Positions 1 through 9,537 are shown, numbered from the stretch's first letter. The stretch is 54,414 nucleotides of DNA from Bacteroidota bacterium (GCA_028873075.1 JAGWND010000001.1:1-54414); one strand, 5' to 3'. Numbers and translations: made by a program. Notes: generated by a model from the sequence alone, not told the origin.

Positions 1-740
1 TTAAAGAACACGTAGATGTCATTCAGCTCATCCGACAGTGCGTGAACCTTTCTTTGCAATTGCTCCAATTCCTGACGCGAAAAATCATACCGGTACATGC
101 TCGGCTTGCCGCCCTGCGGCACAGAGCCTTCGGGCGTCGTGCCGAAGCCGTGCAGCCTGAAATATGCGGTCTTGGATTTCCCGAACACAAGCGGATCGTT
201 TCTCAACGGACCAACACAGTGAACCAACTCGCATTCTTCGCAGAGTCGTTCGATTAATGCAGGATCGTCGTACCATTTTCCTCTCGGTTCCCACACGGCG
301 ACGACACCGCGGCGGTCTATCTTGCCAAAAAACTCCGCCATTGCATCAATGCTGTGTTAAGTGGGTTTAAAACTTGCGGGGGATTGGAAGAGAATGAATC
401 GCGCATGAAGCACAGAGCTAACTTCTTTGAGAGTGTCGTACGCGTCGAGCGATTCCTTTTTCTGAAAGCGATGGAGATGCGTTATCCCTTGAAACGCTTT
501 GACGGTGAACTCAAAACCGGGAGTGACTTCGTCAACTTCCTTGCGCCATTTCTCGGCAGTCGAAAGACGAGGCAGACGGTAAAACGTGGAGTTAATTTCT
601 ACGGCAGTAAAAAGTTTTGCATAGGCTTGGAGTTTCGTGCGCCCTCGAACGGTCTCGCTGAGCGCCGTAAATTCTTTTTCGTTAAGATAACTCCAGCCGC
701 AGCAGCCAATGTGAATTTTGGTGGGCATGGGAACATGCAA
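1..740 (-). pseudogene. DUF72 (YecE-like) family protein with an in-frame TAA at 357-359; the 3' end leaves the window
   Basis: ORF 357..740 reads IHIGCCGWSY...VEINSTFYRLP...FEFTVKAFQGITH, a DUF72 signature. After the TAA the same frame continues HSIDAMAEFFGKIDRRGVVAVWEPRGKWYDD...MYRYDFSRQELEQL down to nt 2. Confidence 0.7.
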
Positions 741-836
741 GCAGGCGGTTTATTTACCATGGAGCGCCCCCCCTCGAAGCGCAATAGAAGAAACCTGATG
801 ATTTTGCCGGAATCTTATGAAAAGGGATTTCAGAGA

Positions 837-1523
837 TTATTTCTTCGCCTGCGTTTCCTTCCGCACCTCCGCTTCGAACTTGAAATGATCTTCCGCAGAA
901 ATGTTCAGCTTCTGGCGAAGGTGTGTTAACTCATCCGATTCCTCCGGAGTTACAACACCATCGTGCCACACCTTTCGCAATGCGGCAAGATAAGCTGAGC
1001 CTTTCGTTTCGTTTTCCATCGCAGTGAAAGCGCTGTCGGAAACGCCGAGGGAAGACTTCAACGTCTCGAGCAGAGCGCGCTCATCGGAAGAGATCGCTCC
1101 GTCTTCCCATGCTTTTTCGAAAAGAATTTTCAGGTGATCAGCGGCTACCGACGCATCGGCGGGACGCTGAGGCGAAACCGGCGACGCCGATGCAGCCGGT
1201 TGAAAACCCCCTTGGGGCTGCGGTTTCGCATCGGGCACACGCGGCGGTGCGGGTGCCGGCGTTTTTTCCTGTACGGGTTTTTGCTCCTCAGGTGTTCTTT
1301 TCATCCGCGCTTCCGCTTCTTTTTTCTGTGCTGCTTCGGATGCGACTTTGATGCGCTCGCTGTACGCCAGCGCGTACATGTTATTCGGCTCAAGGGCGAG
1401 CGCTTTGTTCACCTGATCCAATGCTTGGGGAAATTCCGCAGACTTGATAAATTTGTCTGCAGCTTTGAGATATTCCCCAATGATCCGTTTTTGCTCGTCT
1501 TTATTTTGAACCAGCGGTGTCAT
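837..1523 (-). CDS. hypothetical protein: N-terminal TPR-like helices, Pro/Ala/Gln-rich linker, C-terminal pair of helical repeats
   Basis: 228-aa ORF with an ATG start and TAA stop. It has ALALEPNNMYALAYSERI (TPR-like), a low-complexity PAPAPPRVPDAKPQPQ linker, and repeated ISSDERALLETLK / VTPEESDELTHLRQKL helices. Confidence 0.6.
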   Translation of the reverse strand: MTPLVQNKDEQKRIIGEYLKAADKFIKSAEFPQALDQVNKALALEPNNMYALAYSERIKVASEAAQKKEAEARMKRTPEEQKPVQEKTPAPAPPRVPDAKPQPQGGFQPAASASPVSPQRPADASVAADHLKILFEKAWEDGAISSDERALLETLKSSLGVSDSAFTAMENETKGSAYLAALRKVWHDGVVTPEESDELTHLRQKLNISAEDHFKFEAEVRKETQAKK

Positions 1524-1665
1524 GATATCCCGTTATTCGGTTGTGTGCCGAAGTAATATATCCAACCATCGGAAGAATGTCAACGAAACTTCGAGCGCAA
1601 TAATGCAACAGAAATAAAACTTTTTCTTACATTACGGATGCTCACTCGCCACAAAGGAGAACACT

Positions 1666-2082
1666 ATGGTCATTCAAAAAATATTTTCTCTTGCAACGCG
1701 CGGCAACGGTGATATGCACGACATTACAGAAAGCGTTACCAGCATCGTGGAATCGTCGAAGATCCGCACCGGCATCGCACACATCTTCATCGTCGGCAGC
1801 ACTGCATCCGTCGGCACGATTGAATTCGAGCCGGGACTCCAGCACGACTTGCCGGAGCTTTTGAACAAGCTCATTCCGCCAAGCCGAAATTACAAACACG
1901 AGCAGGCATGGCACGACGGCAACGGACATTCGCACTTGCAGGCAACACTAATGGGAGCGGAAATCACCGTTCCGGTTGCGAACAGCACACTTGTGCTCGG
2001 CACGTGGCAGCAAATTATTCTGCTTGAATGCGACGTGCGAAACAGGAGCCGGGAAGTTGTTGTAACAGTGATGGGAGAATGA
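1666..2082 (+). CDS. yjbQ: YjbQ/UPF0047 family protein (secondary thiamine-phosphate synthase-like)
   Basis: 138 aa with an AAAGGAGA Shine-Dalgarno upstream. HDGNGHSHLQATLMG and LGTWQQIILLECD are typical of UPF0047. Confidence 0.9.
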   Translation: MVIQKIFSLATRGNGDMHDITESVTSIVESSKIRTGIAHIFIVGSTASVGTIEFEPGLQHDLPELLNKLIPPSRNYKHEQAWHDGNGHSHLQATLMGAEITVPVANSTLVLGTWQQIILLECDVRNRSREVVVTVMGE

Positions 2083-2121
2083 AAAAATTTCCAGAACAGT
2101 GTAAAAACGTGCGATTTCAAC

Positions 2122-2191
2122 TTGCCACGAATTCTCAAAGGCATTAAGTTTTTTATTTTCATTTCTTTGTGTCTTTGTGCTTTCGTGGCAA
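2122..2191. terminator. long imperfect hairpin between convergent yjbQ and yhhQ, with outer 10-bp perfect stem TTGCCACGAA/TTCGTGGCAA
   Basis: The inverted 10-mers lie at 2122-2131 and 2182-2191. The right arm is built of CTTTGTG-like words (TTCTTTGTGTCTTTGTGCTTTCGTGG). Confidence 0.5.
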
Positions 2192-2195
2192 AAAT

Positions 2196-2921
2196 TCATT
2201 TCCCTCCACTCCACCTCAACGGATTAAAATCCGTTCCTCTGTCGTAATAATCTTGCCGCTCTGAGCGTTTAAGAAAAGTCACCGCTGCGTACGTCAGCGG
2301 TGTTGCAACAATTTCGTATGCCGATTTCACGAGCCATTGTGTCACAATCAGCCGCAAAAGAAACGAGGAAGGAATGATCCCGATGAATGCGAGCGTGATG
2401 AAGATACCCGAATCGGCAAGCTGTCCTGCGAACGTGGAGCCAATGGTGCGCGTCCATAAATATTTCCCGTTGGTTGCCAGCTTCATCTTCGCCATCACGA
2501 ATGAATTGAGAAATTCTCCGGCAAGATACGCCGCAAACGACGATGCGAGAAGCCGGGGCGTGAATCCTAACACCGCTTCGTACGCCTGCTGTGCCGATGC
2601 CGCGGAACTGTAGCCGAGCGTCCAGAACGCCGCCGGCGAAAGCTGAATGCTGATCCACATTGCCGCTACGGCAAAGAGATTGCATCCGAATCCGATCCAG
2701 ATGATCTGCCGCGCACGGGCGTACCCGTACACTTCCGTCAGCACATCGCCGAAAATATAGGAGATTGGAAAAATGATGATTGCCGCGGGAAGCACGAACG
2801 GTCCCGCGGCAAATAATTTCACTGCAATGATGTTGGAAATAACAAGACTTGTTACAAATAATGAAGCAATAGTAGGAAGCCAGCGTTGCGTTGGACGCGG
2901 CGGCGCAGGAAATTCGTTCAT
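2196..2921 (-). CDS. yhhQ: queuosine precursor transporter (YhhQ/DUF165 family)
   Basis: 241 aa, multi-TM. It has FPISYIFGDVLTEVYGY and LWTRTIGSTFAGQLADS motifs. Its start overlaps the queF stop (ATGA). Confidence 0.9.
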   Translation of the reverse strand: MNEFPAPPRPTQRWLPTIASLFVTSLVISNIIAVKLFAAGPFVLPAAIIIFPISYIFGDVLTEVYGYARARQIIWIGFGCNLFAVAAMWISIQLSPAAFWTLGYSSAASAQQAYEAVLGFTPRLLASSFAAYLAGEFLNSFVMAKMKLATNGKYLWTRTIGSTFAGQLADSGIFITLAFIGIIPSSFLLRLIVTQWLVKSAYEIVATPLTYAAVTFLKRSERQDYYDRGTDFNPLRWSGGK

Positions 2922-3394
2922 CGCTTTTTATCCAGGGGATCCTTCGGATGCTCTGCCATGCCTGTGGCTTGACTTTCAGCTTCAACCGTAATGGAGATGC
3001 CGCCGCGTACTGCGAACGCCGCCGTCACCTTGCACCAGCGCGGTGAAAGCGCTGCAACAAGGTCGTCAAGCACAACGTTGGCGAAGTGTTCGTGAAAAAC
3101 CCCTTCATTGCGGAACGACCAGAAGTACAGCTTCAGCGATTTCGATTCGACAATCTTTTTATCGGGAATATATTGAATCGTCACCTCGGCGAAATCGGGC
3201 TGTCCCGTTGCAGGACAAACGCAGGTAAACTCTTTCGTCCGCAGCGTGATCACGTAGTCGCGCTCAGGATGATGATTCGGAAATGCTTCAAGCTTCCGTG
3301 CCGGTTTTGCTCCGCGGCCAAGCAGAGTGAGATTGTCGAGATCGGATTCCTGCGTCAGCGCAGAAGAAACGCGGCGTGAATTTTTCTTCTTCAT
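2918..3394 (-). CDS. queF: NADPH-dependent 7-cyano-7-deazaguanine (preQ0) reductase
   Basis: 158 aa from ATG 3394. It has the catalytic-Cys context CPATGQPD and the QueF motif ESKSLKLYFWSFRN. The longer 236-aa ORF start would overlap the upstream gene. Confidence 0.9.
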   Translation of the reverse strand: MKKKNSRRVSSALTQESDLDNLTLLGRGAKPARKLEAFPNHHPERDYVITLRTKEFTCVCPATGQPDFAEVTIQYIPDKKIVESKSLKLYFWSFRNEGVFHEHFANVVLDDLVAALSPRWCKVTAAFAVRGGISITVEAESQATGMAEHPKDPLDKKR

Positions 3395-3414
3395 AGCCTT
3401 AACAACAAGCTTTC

Positions 3415-4521
3415 CTAAATTCTCCAGTAAATATTTCTTTTGTTGCACCACAGAAGAGTCACCCACAACACAGCCGTCCAGACCAATCCGACAAACATCC
3501 CCATCCAGCCGCTGTACCCGGTGAGATACGGTTTGAAGCCGAGCGAAAACGCGGCGATCCGGACAATCGGCTGAAGAAAATATCCCAGCAGAGCATTCGA
3601 GCCGAAGACAATAAACGCCCATGCCCATCGCTGAACATGCGCCGCATCCATGATTAAATAGAAAATAAGAAATGTGAACGCGCTGACGCCGGAAGTAAAC
3701 AGCGCGTATGACGATGAAACAGTTTCTTTGTTCATTCCAAAAACCGGCCAGTCAAAGCGATGAAGCGCGTAACCGATAATGCAAAAAACAGTTCCGATAA
3801 TGAGCGACTGCCGAATAATCGTCCTTTGGTCCCCGGTTGCTATTGCTTCACCTACCAATGTTCCGACCACCGTGATAACGCCGAATGAAATTGATGCCCA
3901 CGGCGTGCAATGGATCGTCAGCGGGCGCAGCATGTCGCCGGAAAGATTTGCAATTGTCCAGAACGACGCATTCGGATCGCCGAGATGAAGCCACCACGGA
4001 ACAGTCAACGACATAAGTTGATGGAACGCCGCAACAACGAACACGGCAATCCACCGCCATAATTTAGGGAGAGTAAAAAGCGCGGCACCCATAAAATATG
4101 CAATACCGATCGCCTGAAGAATTCCCCACCACCACGACAGTCCGAAGATAAGAGAAATATAAATGACGCCAAGAACGATCAGCATTACCGTCCGCGTGCC
4201 GACATGCTTCCACCATGAGGTGCCCCGGCGTTTTTTGCTCAGCGGAATGACGAGTCCGACAATGAACACGAAAAACGGTGCAACAAGATCAGTGAACGTG
4301 AGGCCCACGCCGGTTGTATTTCCGGCGGCTTCCGCCGCGTGATGAAATGTTGTGACCGGCGGGCTTCCGAACCACGACATTGTGAGCGGCAAATTCGAGT
4401 AGCCGGCAACGAGATTTACAAAAATCATTGCAAGCACGGTGAACCCGCGGAACGCATCTATTGAAGCGATGCGAGTGCTTTTCGGAGAAGACAAAGAAAC
4501 GGTTTCATTTGTCATAGTCAA
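3415..4521 (-). CDS. DUF5009/DUF1624 (heparan-alpha-glucosaminide N-acetyltransferase-like) membrane acyltransferase
   Basis: 368 aa, polytopic, with the N-terminal IDAFRGFTVLAMIFVN motif typical of this family. Confidence 0.75.
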   Translation of the reverse strand: MTMTNETVSLSSPKSTRIASIDAFRGFTVLAMIFVNLVAGYSNLPLTMSWFGSPPVTTFHHAAEAAGNTTGVGLTFTDLVAPFFVFIVGLVIPLSKKRRGTSWWKHVGTRTVMLIVLGVIYISLIFGLSWWWGILQAIGIAYFMGAALFTLPKLWRWIAVFVVAAFHQLMSLTVPWWLHLGDPNASFWTIANLSGDMLRPLTIHCTPWASISFGVITVVGTLVGEAIATGDQRTIIRQSLIIGTVFCIIGYALHRFDWPVFGMNKETVSSSYALFTSGVSAFTFLIFYLIMDAAHVQRWAWAFIVFGSNALLGYFLQPIVRIAAFSLGFKPYLTGYSGWMGMFVGLVWTAVLWVTLLWCNKRNIYWRI

Positions 4522-4527
4522 CCTCGT

Positions 4528-5058
4528 TTACCACCCCGTTCTTTTTCTCAATGATGTGATGTGGGCGACATGATGCCGCCCATGCCACGCATAGTGCGCT
4601 ACCGCGCGGTCCAGCGTTGAAACGCCGCTCTCGGGATGACGCCAGGTACGTGAAAAATCTTCCGGCTTCATGCTCTTCAGCAGCGCAACCCAGCGCGAGT
4701 GCAATGCTTCGAGCAAAGAGAGCGAGACGGCAATGTCGCCGTGCTTTGCATCAGGAAATTCTGCCCACAAGGCTTCTTCGTACGTTTTTATTGCCGGTTC
4801 TTTTTCTGTGAGCGCAAGCTTGAAGCGGATGTACGAATTCATATGGCTGTCCGGCAGGTGATGCACAACCTGCCTCACGGTCCATCCTTCGGGACGATAC
4901 GGTGTATCGAGCTGTGTCGCAGAAAATCCGGCGACCGCTTTTCGAAGCTCAGCGGGCACAGCGGCAATTTGTGCAATGAACCCGCGGCGAAGCTCCGGCG
5001 TATAGTGCGCCGGCGGCTCAAATTTTCCAATCGGATAACGAAGATCGTCAGACATCAT
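4528..5058 (-). CDS. DinB/YfiT-family metal-dependent hydrolase (bacillithiol-transferase-like)
   Basis: 176 aa with RYPIGKF, VVHHLPDSHMN and WHGRHHVAHI motifs (His triad of the YfiT/DinB fold). Confidence 0.85.
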   Translation of the reverse strand: MMSDDLRYPIGKFEPPAHYTPELRRGFIAQIAAVPAELRKAVAGFSATQLDTPYRPEGWTVRQVVHHLPDSHMNSYIRFKLALTEKEPAIKTYEEALWAEFPDAKHGDIAVSLSLLEALHSRWVALLKSMKPEDFSRTWRHPESGVSTLDRAVAHYAWHGRHHVAHITSLRKRTGW

Positions 5059-5289
5059 GTTTCTTCCTCTCTTTCACTTTTCATTGGTTTCAATTTACAA
5101 ACAGGATATTCGGTACATGGCAAAAGCCGGATCAACGGACTGACGGATAAACGGAAGCCCCCGCATCCGACAATCCATTATCAGCCGTTTCTGCTTCGTG
5201 GCTACACACTTGAAAAAGATACTCACATCTCGGACATGATTCAACTCGCAGAGGCGCCGGACACCCGGAAAACGCCGTCTGCCATCTTC

Positions 5290-6207
5290 TTAAAACGGAA
5301 ACTGTTTTTCGTACCAATACTTCGTTACGTCAAGCCAGAAAAACAAGCCGCGCCACTTGCCGAACGGTGCGTAAAACTTTTCGATTGTTGAATCCTTCAC
5401 CGTGCGCCCGTTTTTATGAAGCTTGAAAAATTTTGCGCGGCACCACGAATCGAGCGCAAGATAATCGTAACGTCCGAGCAGCCGCATCAGATTTCCCGCC
5501 GCGTAGTCACCCGCTCCTTTCACAGAGCGCACGCGTTCGAACAGTTTCTCTGTCGGCAACGCAGATGTCCGCCATTCTTCCATTGTCAATTCCTTTGAGA
5601 CAACGCGCCCGGCAAGCTCAAGTAAGTACGGCGCGCGGTAACCGCAGCGGATCTCTTTACGAAGAAACTTTTCCGAAACCGATGCAATCGCTTCAGGTGA
5701 CGGGAACGCGCCATCGCCGATTTTCTCGACAAGATTCTTCACCATCGTTTTCGTCAATGCCCAACTGCAATTTGTCGTGCAGATCATTTTGACAACATCT
5801 TCGAACACGGTTTGCGAGCGCAGCATTCTTCCCGCGCCGACGCGCCTTACCCAGTGGAACGCAGCATGCTTGGAGGCTTCGGTATAAAATTCATCGAGCG
5901 ACTCGTCTAACCGTAGCATTGCACGCACAGCATCGTTGATCATCTCTTTCTCGTTCTTTGAAAGCGCACCGTTGCTTTCAATACCGATGTAAAGGAACGT
6001 GTCCTTCGACTCTAAACGAACCGGAATGCTTCTCCTTTTGTTCAGTGCAATAACTGCTCGCAGAGAAGCGGTCTCTTTCTCGACAGAAAATGGCGGAAGC
6101 GAGCACCAGCCGTGACTGTACACTGTGGCGAGAAAATTGAATCCGGCAGGAAGCGGCAATTTGCTTTTCATTGTTGTTTGTTCATACATTTGTTTACCGA
6201 ATAACAT
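5290..6207 (-). CDS. HhH-GPD superfamily DNA glycosylase (AlkA/Ogg-like)
   Basis: 305 aa with a helix-hairpin-helix VRSVKGAGDYAAGNLMRLLG in an AlkA-like scaffold. Three candidate ATG starts lie within the first 13 codons. Confidence 0.75.
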   Translation of the reverse strand: MLFGKQMYEQTTMKSKLPLPAGFNFLATVYSHGWCSLPPFSVEKETASLRAVIALNKRRSIPVRLESKDTFLYIGIESNGALSKNEKEMINDAVRAMLRLDESLDEFYTEASKHAAFHWVRRVGAGRMLRSQTVFEDVVKMICTTNCSWALTKTMVKNLVEKIGDGAFPSPEAIASVSEKFLRKEIRCGYRAPYLLELAGRVVSKELTMEEWRTSALPTEKLFERVRSVKGAGDYAAGNLMRLLGRYDYLALDSWCRAKFFKLHKNGRTVKDSTIEKFYAPFGKWRGLFFWLDVTKYWYEKQFPF

Positions 6208-6218
6208 GAGGAGTTTCT

Positions 6219-6665
6219 ATGAATCAAAAATGGATCGCATTCCTGCGCATTGTCGTCGGCATTTTCTTCATCGGCGAAGGCTTGGGAAAGCTTGGGTGGT
6301 ATTCCTCGTCCGAATTTCTGAAATTGGACCTCGACCGCTTTGCGCAAAACGCGCCCGCTGTCTCTGCATGGTATCAACGACATGTTGCATACCCCGGCAT
6401 TGAAGCGTGGGCACGTCTCATTCCGACAGGAGAAATGCTCATCGGCATTGCACTGGTTATCGGCGTACTCACATTGCCGGTATTGATCGCTGCATTTCTT
6501 CTCGTGCTTAATTTCAATCTTACCAACGGCGTCCTTTTTTCGTGGAGATTTTTTTCGAATCCGTATGCGCTGCTTCTGCTTTCATGCATTCTTATGTTAA
6601 TCAACGGAAAAGCCGGAAGCGTTTTCGCGCTCGATACAAAGATGCGCAGAAGCAGAAAACTATGA
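6219..6665 (+). CDS. DoxX family membrane protein
   Basis: 148 aa, 4 TM, with a GAGGAG Shine-Dalgarno. LRIVVGIFFIGEGLGKL and the hydrophobic pattern are typical of DoxX. Confidence 0.8.
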   Translation: MNQKWIAFLRIVVGIFFIGEGLGKLGWYSSSEFLKLDLDRFAQNAPAVSAWYQRHVAYPGIEAWARLIPTGEMLIGIALVIGVLTLPVLIAAFLLVLNFNLTNGVLFSWRFFSNPYALLLLSCILMLINGKAGSVFALDTKMRRSRKL

Positions 6666-6693
6666 CCTCACGCAGAGCCGCCGCACATTAGTT

Positions 6694-6716
6694 GTCCGAC
6701 AGTTGCACTGTCGGAC
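6694..6716. repeat. REP-like hairpin GTCCGACAG-TTGCA-CTGTCGGAC
   Basis: A 9-bp perfect stem with a 5-nt loop, between the DoxX stop and the RAYT 3' end. Confidence 0.85.
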
Positions 6717-6733
6717 ATGCACCTGTTGGACAG

Positions 6734-7187
6734 TTATACTGCTCCCTTGCGAACAGGATTGTCGTGAATGTAGTTTAACTTTTGCATAAAAAAGTCCTGG
6801 AAAACAATGGCTTCCGGATGACCCCTCGATTGCCAGACCTTGCAATCGTTCCCTTCTCCCGCTCTTTCTGCCGCAGTAGCGAAATATTTCAAAAGCTTGA
6901 TGTTGTTCGTTTCTTTTCAAAAGATCAGAAACTTTGCGTGACGTAAAGCGTTTGAAATCCCGAAGAATGCCGGAAAGATTTCCATCCACCGTTGAGAGAA
7001 TGGTGTGGATATGGTTAGGCATAATAACATAGCCATGAATCGGCAGGCCTTTTTCATTTTGACAGTACTTCAAAGATGCAATGATTGAATTAAAGAAAGG
7101 GAAAGAAACAAATACGCATTGCCAGCCGACAATTGTATCGGTACGGAAATAGTATTCAACATCCTTTGTTAGGGCAAATGGTTTCAT
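6734..7187 (-). pseudogene. REP-associated tyrosine transposase (RAYT, IS200/Y1_Tnp-like), frameshifted near 6905-6925
   Basis: From ATG 7187: YYFRTDTIVGWQCVF...SLKYCQNEKGLPIHGYVIMPNHIHTILS (HUH = HIH)...RDFKRFTSRKVSDLLK. The +1 frame then gives LLKYFATAAERAGEGNDCKVWQSRGHPEAI..QKLNYIHDNPVRKGAV with a stop at 6734-6736. The shift lies at T4/A4 runs. Confidence 0.8.
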
Positions 7188-7231
7188 TTGTTGAGCTTTG
7201 TAGGAAGAGTTAAACTCTTCCCACAGTTTGT

Positions 7232-7254
7232 GTTCGACAGTGCAACTGTCGAAC
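7232..7254. repeat. REP-like hairpin GTTCGACAG-TGCAA-CTGTCGAAC, an inverted copy of 6694-6716
   Basis: A 9-bp perfect stem. It differs from the reverse complement of the first copy by a C>T / G>A compensatory pair. Confidence 0.85.
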
Positions 7255-7271
7255 AACTTGCGTGAAATTTT

Positions 7272-9449
7272 CTAATACTTCCCGTACCACACGTCATCGG
7301 AAGAGACGAACGGCTCACTCAGATATTTTTCCGCTTCGATGATCGTCACCGCCGCTTCCGCAGGCGTGCGCCCGGCAACGCTTAACGCCTGACGGTACAG
7401 CTGCAGCGCTTCATCCCGCCTTCCCTTCATTTCGATTGCATTTCCCAATCTCACTAAACTCATTGAAGGAATCCATCGTTCCTGCTCCGCCGCCTCTAAC
7501 AACGATGCCTGGCGGAAATAGGAATCCGCTTTCACAAGGTCGTTCCTCAACACGGCGATTTTTCCAAGCGAAAAAAGCGCCGGCGGATTGCTGCCTGTCA
7601 AGTTATACGGATCAAGCTGCAGTGCCAGCAGCGCTTCCTTTTCCGCATTGACGACGTCGTGGCTGAACACGCGGTAGCTTTCCGATGTACGGGCGTGTGC
7701 AAGAAGACGAAGCTGCGGCACCCAGCGCAGCACGTTGTACTCGGGATCGAATTCCACGTTCAACGGTTTGTCGGCAACAACAAATTCAAACGTCTGGTCC
7801 TGCCGTTGTAAAAATATTCGCTTCGGTACCGCACGTGAAGCAGTTGTGATCACAACATCCGCCGGCGTAACATACACGTCGCCGCGCTGAACAACGCGCA
7901 CACGCACCGTGTAACTGCCGCGCACTGTCGGCACAACATCCGAAGAAAAAACAAGCTCGGGAAATCCTGTGCGGTACACCCATTCATCGAAGAACCAATC
8001 AAGCGGTGTGCCGTACGCTTCCTCGCACAGTTGTTGAAATTCCGGAATCGTGATCGGCGTAGCGTGGTATGCGGAATACATTTTATAAATCACCTCATCG
8101 AACGATTCCTTGCCGAGAATATACTCTAACATCGAAAACACGTACCCGCCTTTGCGGGAAAAAACCGCAGTCTCATTTTTCCGTTGCCGTTCTGCAGCGA
8201 CCGGATAGGTCGGATAAAAATCGAGCGCGCCCGCCATCAAGCGAAGACGTTCATGCTGCCGCTGCGCTCCCGTTGCATCAGTCTTCTCTAAAAAAAATCG
8301 GGATGAAAGATAGCTCGCCCATCCTTCATTGAACCAAAATGTTGAATCCGTTGCAGCGATCCCAAAGGAATGAGAAAGATCGTGCACCCACATATTGTCG
8401 GCGGAAAGCTGAAGCAGCGATGAGTCGAGAACGGTGAACGCCGGTGAATTTTTTATGATAAATGTGCCGTCCCTTGAAAATTGCTCCGCGTTTTTCTCTC
8501 CACTGCCGATAACGGCAAAACGAAACTGAAGGCTTTTCTCAGAATGATGTTCGATTGGGAAACGAGAAATTTCCGAAGGGGTAAGTGTCAACGCAGAAAA
8601 GAATTCTGCTGCCGCACCAAGCTGGTGCACAACGTATCCGGCAAGATCGCTGCTGAATTGCGCGGGTGAAAAGTACAAAGAAACATGAACGGAACTGTCG
8701 GCGCTGACGAACGATTTTTCCGAAAACTCTTTCGACGCACAGAAAAGAAATGCATTGTTCACCGGCATGTTGTGTTTATGATGAAAGCTCCATTCGATAG
8801 GACCGTCCGGTAAATGCGCTGTGTCGCACTCCCCGCTGGAAACGGCTACATATGAAGCCGGAAGAGCAACAGAGAGCGTGACATTGGCCGTTTGTTCCGA
8901 CGAATCCACGCCGGACAATAAAATGGGCCACCACCGTGCGTCGTGATCCGCCGGCAGGCGTGCCTGCGCAAAGCCGATGCGTTGCTTCGGCGGAGGCAGG
9001 AGAATATTTCCATCGGTAATAAATGTGGAAGACGTCAGCGGCGAATCTATTTCGGCGTTATACAACAACCGGAGAAAAAAGAGGGCGCCGCTTCGAAGTG
9101 CGCCGGGAATAGAAACATCAACATCGGTTGTTCCGTCATCAAGCCTCGTAATCTTTCTTGAAAGCTTTCCGCCTGTTGTGTCGCGTGCTGAATCGAAATC
9201 CAATATCCTGCTGAAAGAAAAATGAAGCACGGAAAGCGAATCTTTCAAAAGGCGAATCCTCATTTGCGCTTCTGCGGAAAACGAATGGCGTTCAGGGGTG
9301 ATCGAAAGATGCAGCGAGTACAGTTCGATCTTTGCGGAAGCGCTGCCGGTTTGCCCGAAGACGCCAACAGAATTCGAACCAGAGAGAAAAAAAATTGAAA
9401 ATGCGAACAGCCCTAATGGAGTTTTCAAAAAGCCTGCGATGTATTTCAT
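7272..9449 (-). CDS. M1-family (aminopeptidase N-like) secreted protein with a C-terminal TPR region; the zinc motif is degenerate (HDLSH)
   Basis: 725 aa with a signal peptide. VHDLSHSF...WFNEGWASY aligns to the M1 HEXXH-X18-E motif with Glu replaced by Asp. The C-terminus has TPR-like repeats. Confidence 0.7.
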   Translation of the reverse strand: MKYIAGFLKTPLGLFAFSIFFLSGSNSVGVFGQTGSASAKIELYSLHLSITPERHSFSAEAQMRIRLLKDSLSVLHFSFSRILDFDSARDTTGGKLSRKITRLDDGTTDVDVSIPGALRSGALFFLRLLYNAEIDSPLTSSTFITDGNILLPPPKQRIGFAQARLPADHDARWWPILLSGVDSSEQTANVTLSVALPASYVAVSSGECDTAHLPDGPIEWSFHHKHNMPVNNAFLFCASKEFSEKSFVSADSSVHVSLYFSPAQFSSDLAGYVVHQLGAAAEFFSALTLTPSEISRFPIEHHSEKSLQFRFAVIGSGEKNAEQFSRDGTFIIKNSPAFTVLDSSLLQLSADNMWVHDLSHSFGIAATDSTFWFNEGWASYLSSRFFLEKTDATGAQRQHERLRLMAGALDFYPTYPVAAERQRKNETAVFSRKGGYVFSMLEYILGKESFDEVIYKMYSAYHATPITIPEFQQLCEEAYGTPLDWFFDEWVYRTGFPELVFSSDVVPTVRGSYTVRVRVVQRGDVYVTPADVVITTASRAVPKRIFLQRQDQTFEFVVADKPLNVEFDPEYNVLRWVPQLRLLAHARTSESYRVFSHDVVNAEKEALLALQLDPYNLTGSNPPALFSLGKIAVLRNDLVKADSYFRQASLLEAAEQERWIPSMSLVRLGNAIEMKGRRDEALQLYRQALSVAGRTPAEAAVTIIEAEKYLSEPFVSSDDVWYGKY

Positions 9450-9537
9450 GTACCGAGAAAAATTCAGGTGGTTACCGCCCCCTCTCTAAATGTTAGAGTG
9501 GGGTCATAAAAAGATGTCAGACCGCTAAGAAGCGCCG

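Larger units (their letters stand above)
6694..7254 (-). mobile_element. REPtron-like unit: a RAYT gene bracketed by two inverted REP-like hairpins
   Basis: Hairpins at 6694-6716 and 7232-7254 are reverse complements of each other apart from one compensated stem position. They flank the Y1-transposase-like gene. Confidence 0.7.

Noticed and set aside
357-359. The in-frame TAA could indicate stop-codon reassignment.
   Set aside because: TAA is used as an ordinary terminator by neighbouring well-supported genes, for example at 837-839 and 41167-41169.
3395-3414. A preQ1 riboswitch might be expected upstream of queF/yhhQ.
   Set aside because: Only 20 nt separate queF from the upstream gene. 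The sequence extending into that gene shows no preQ1-I-like hairpin or A-rich tail.
5059-5289. The 230-nt gap between the glycosylase and YfiT genes was inspected for a small gene or ncRNA.
   Set aside because: It contains only weak, short palindromes. The 61-aa ORF at 5132..5317(-) overlaps the glycosylase 3' end and has no motif.
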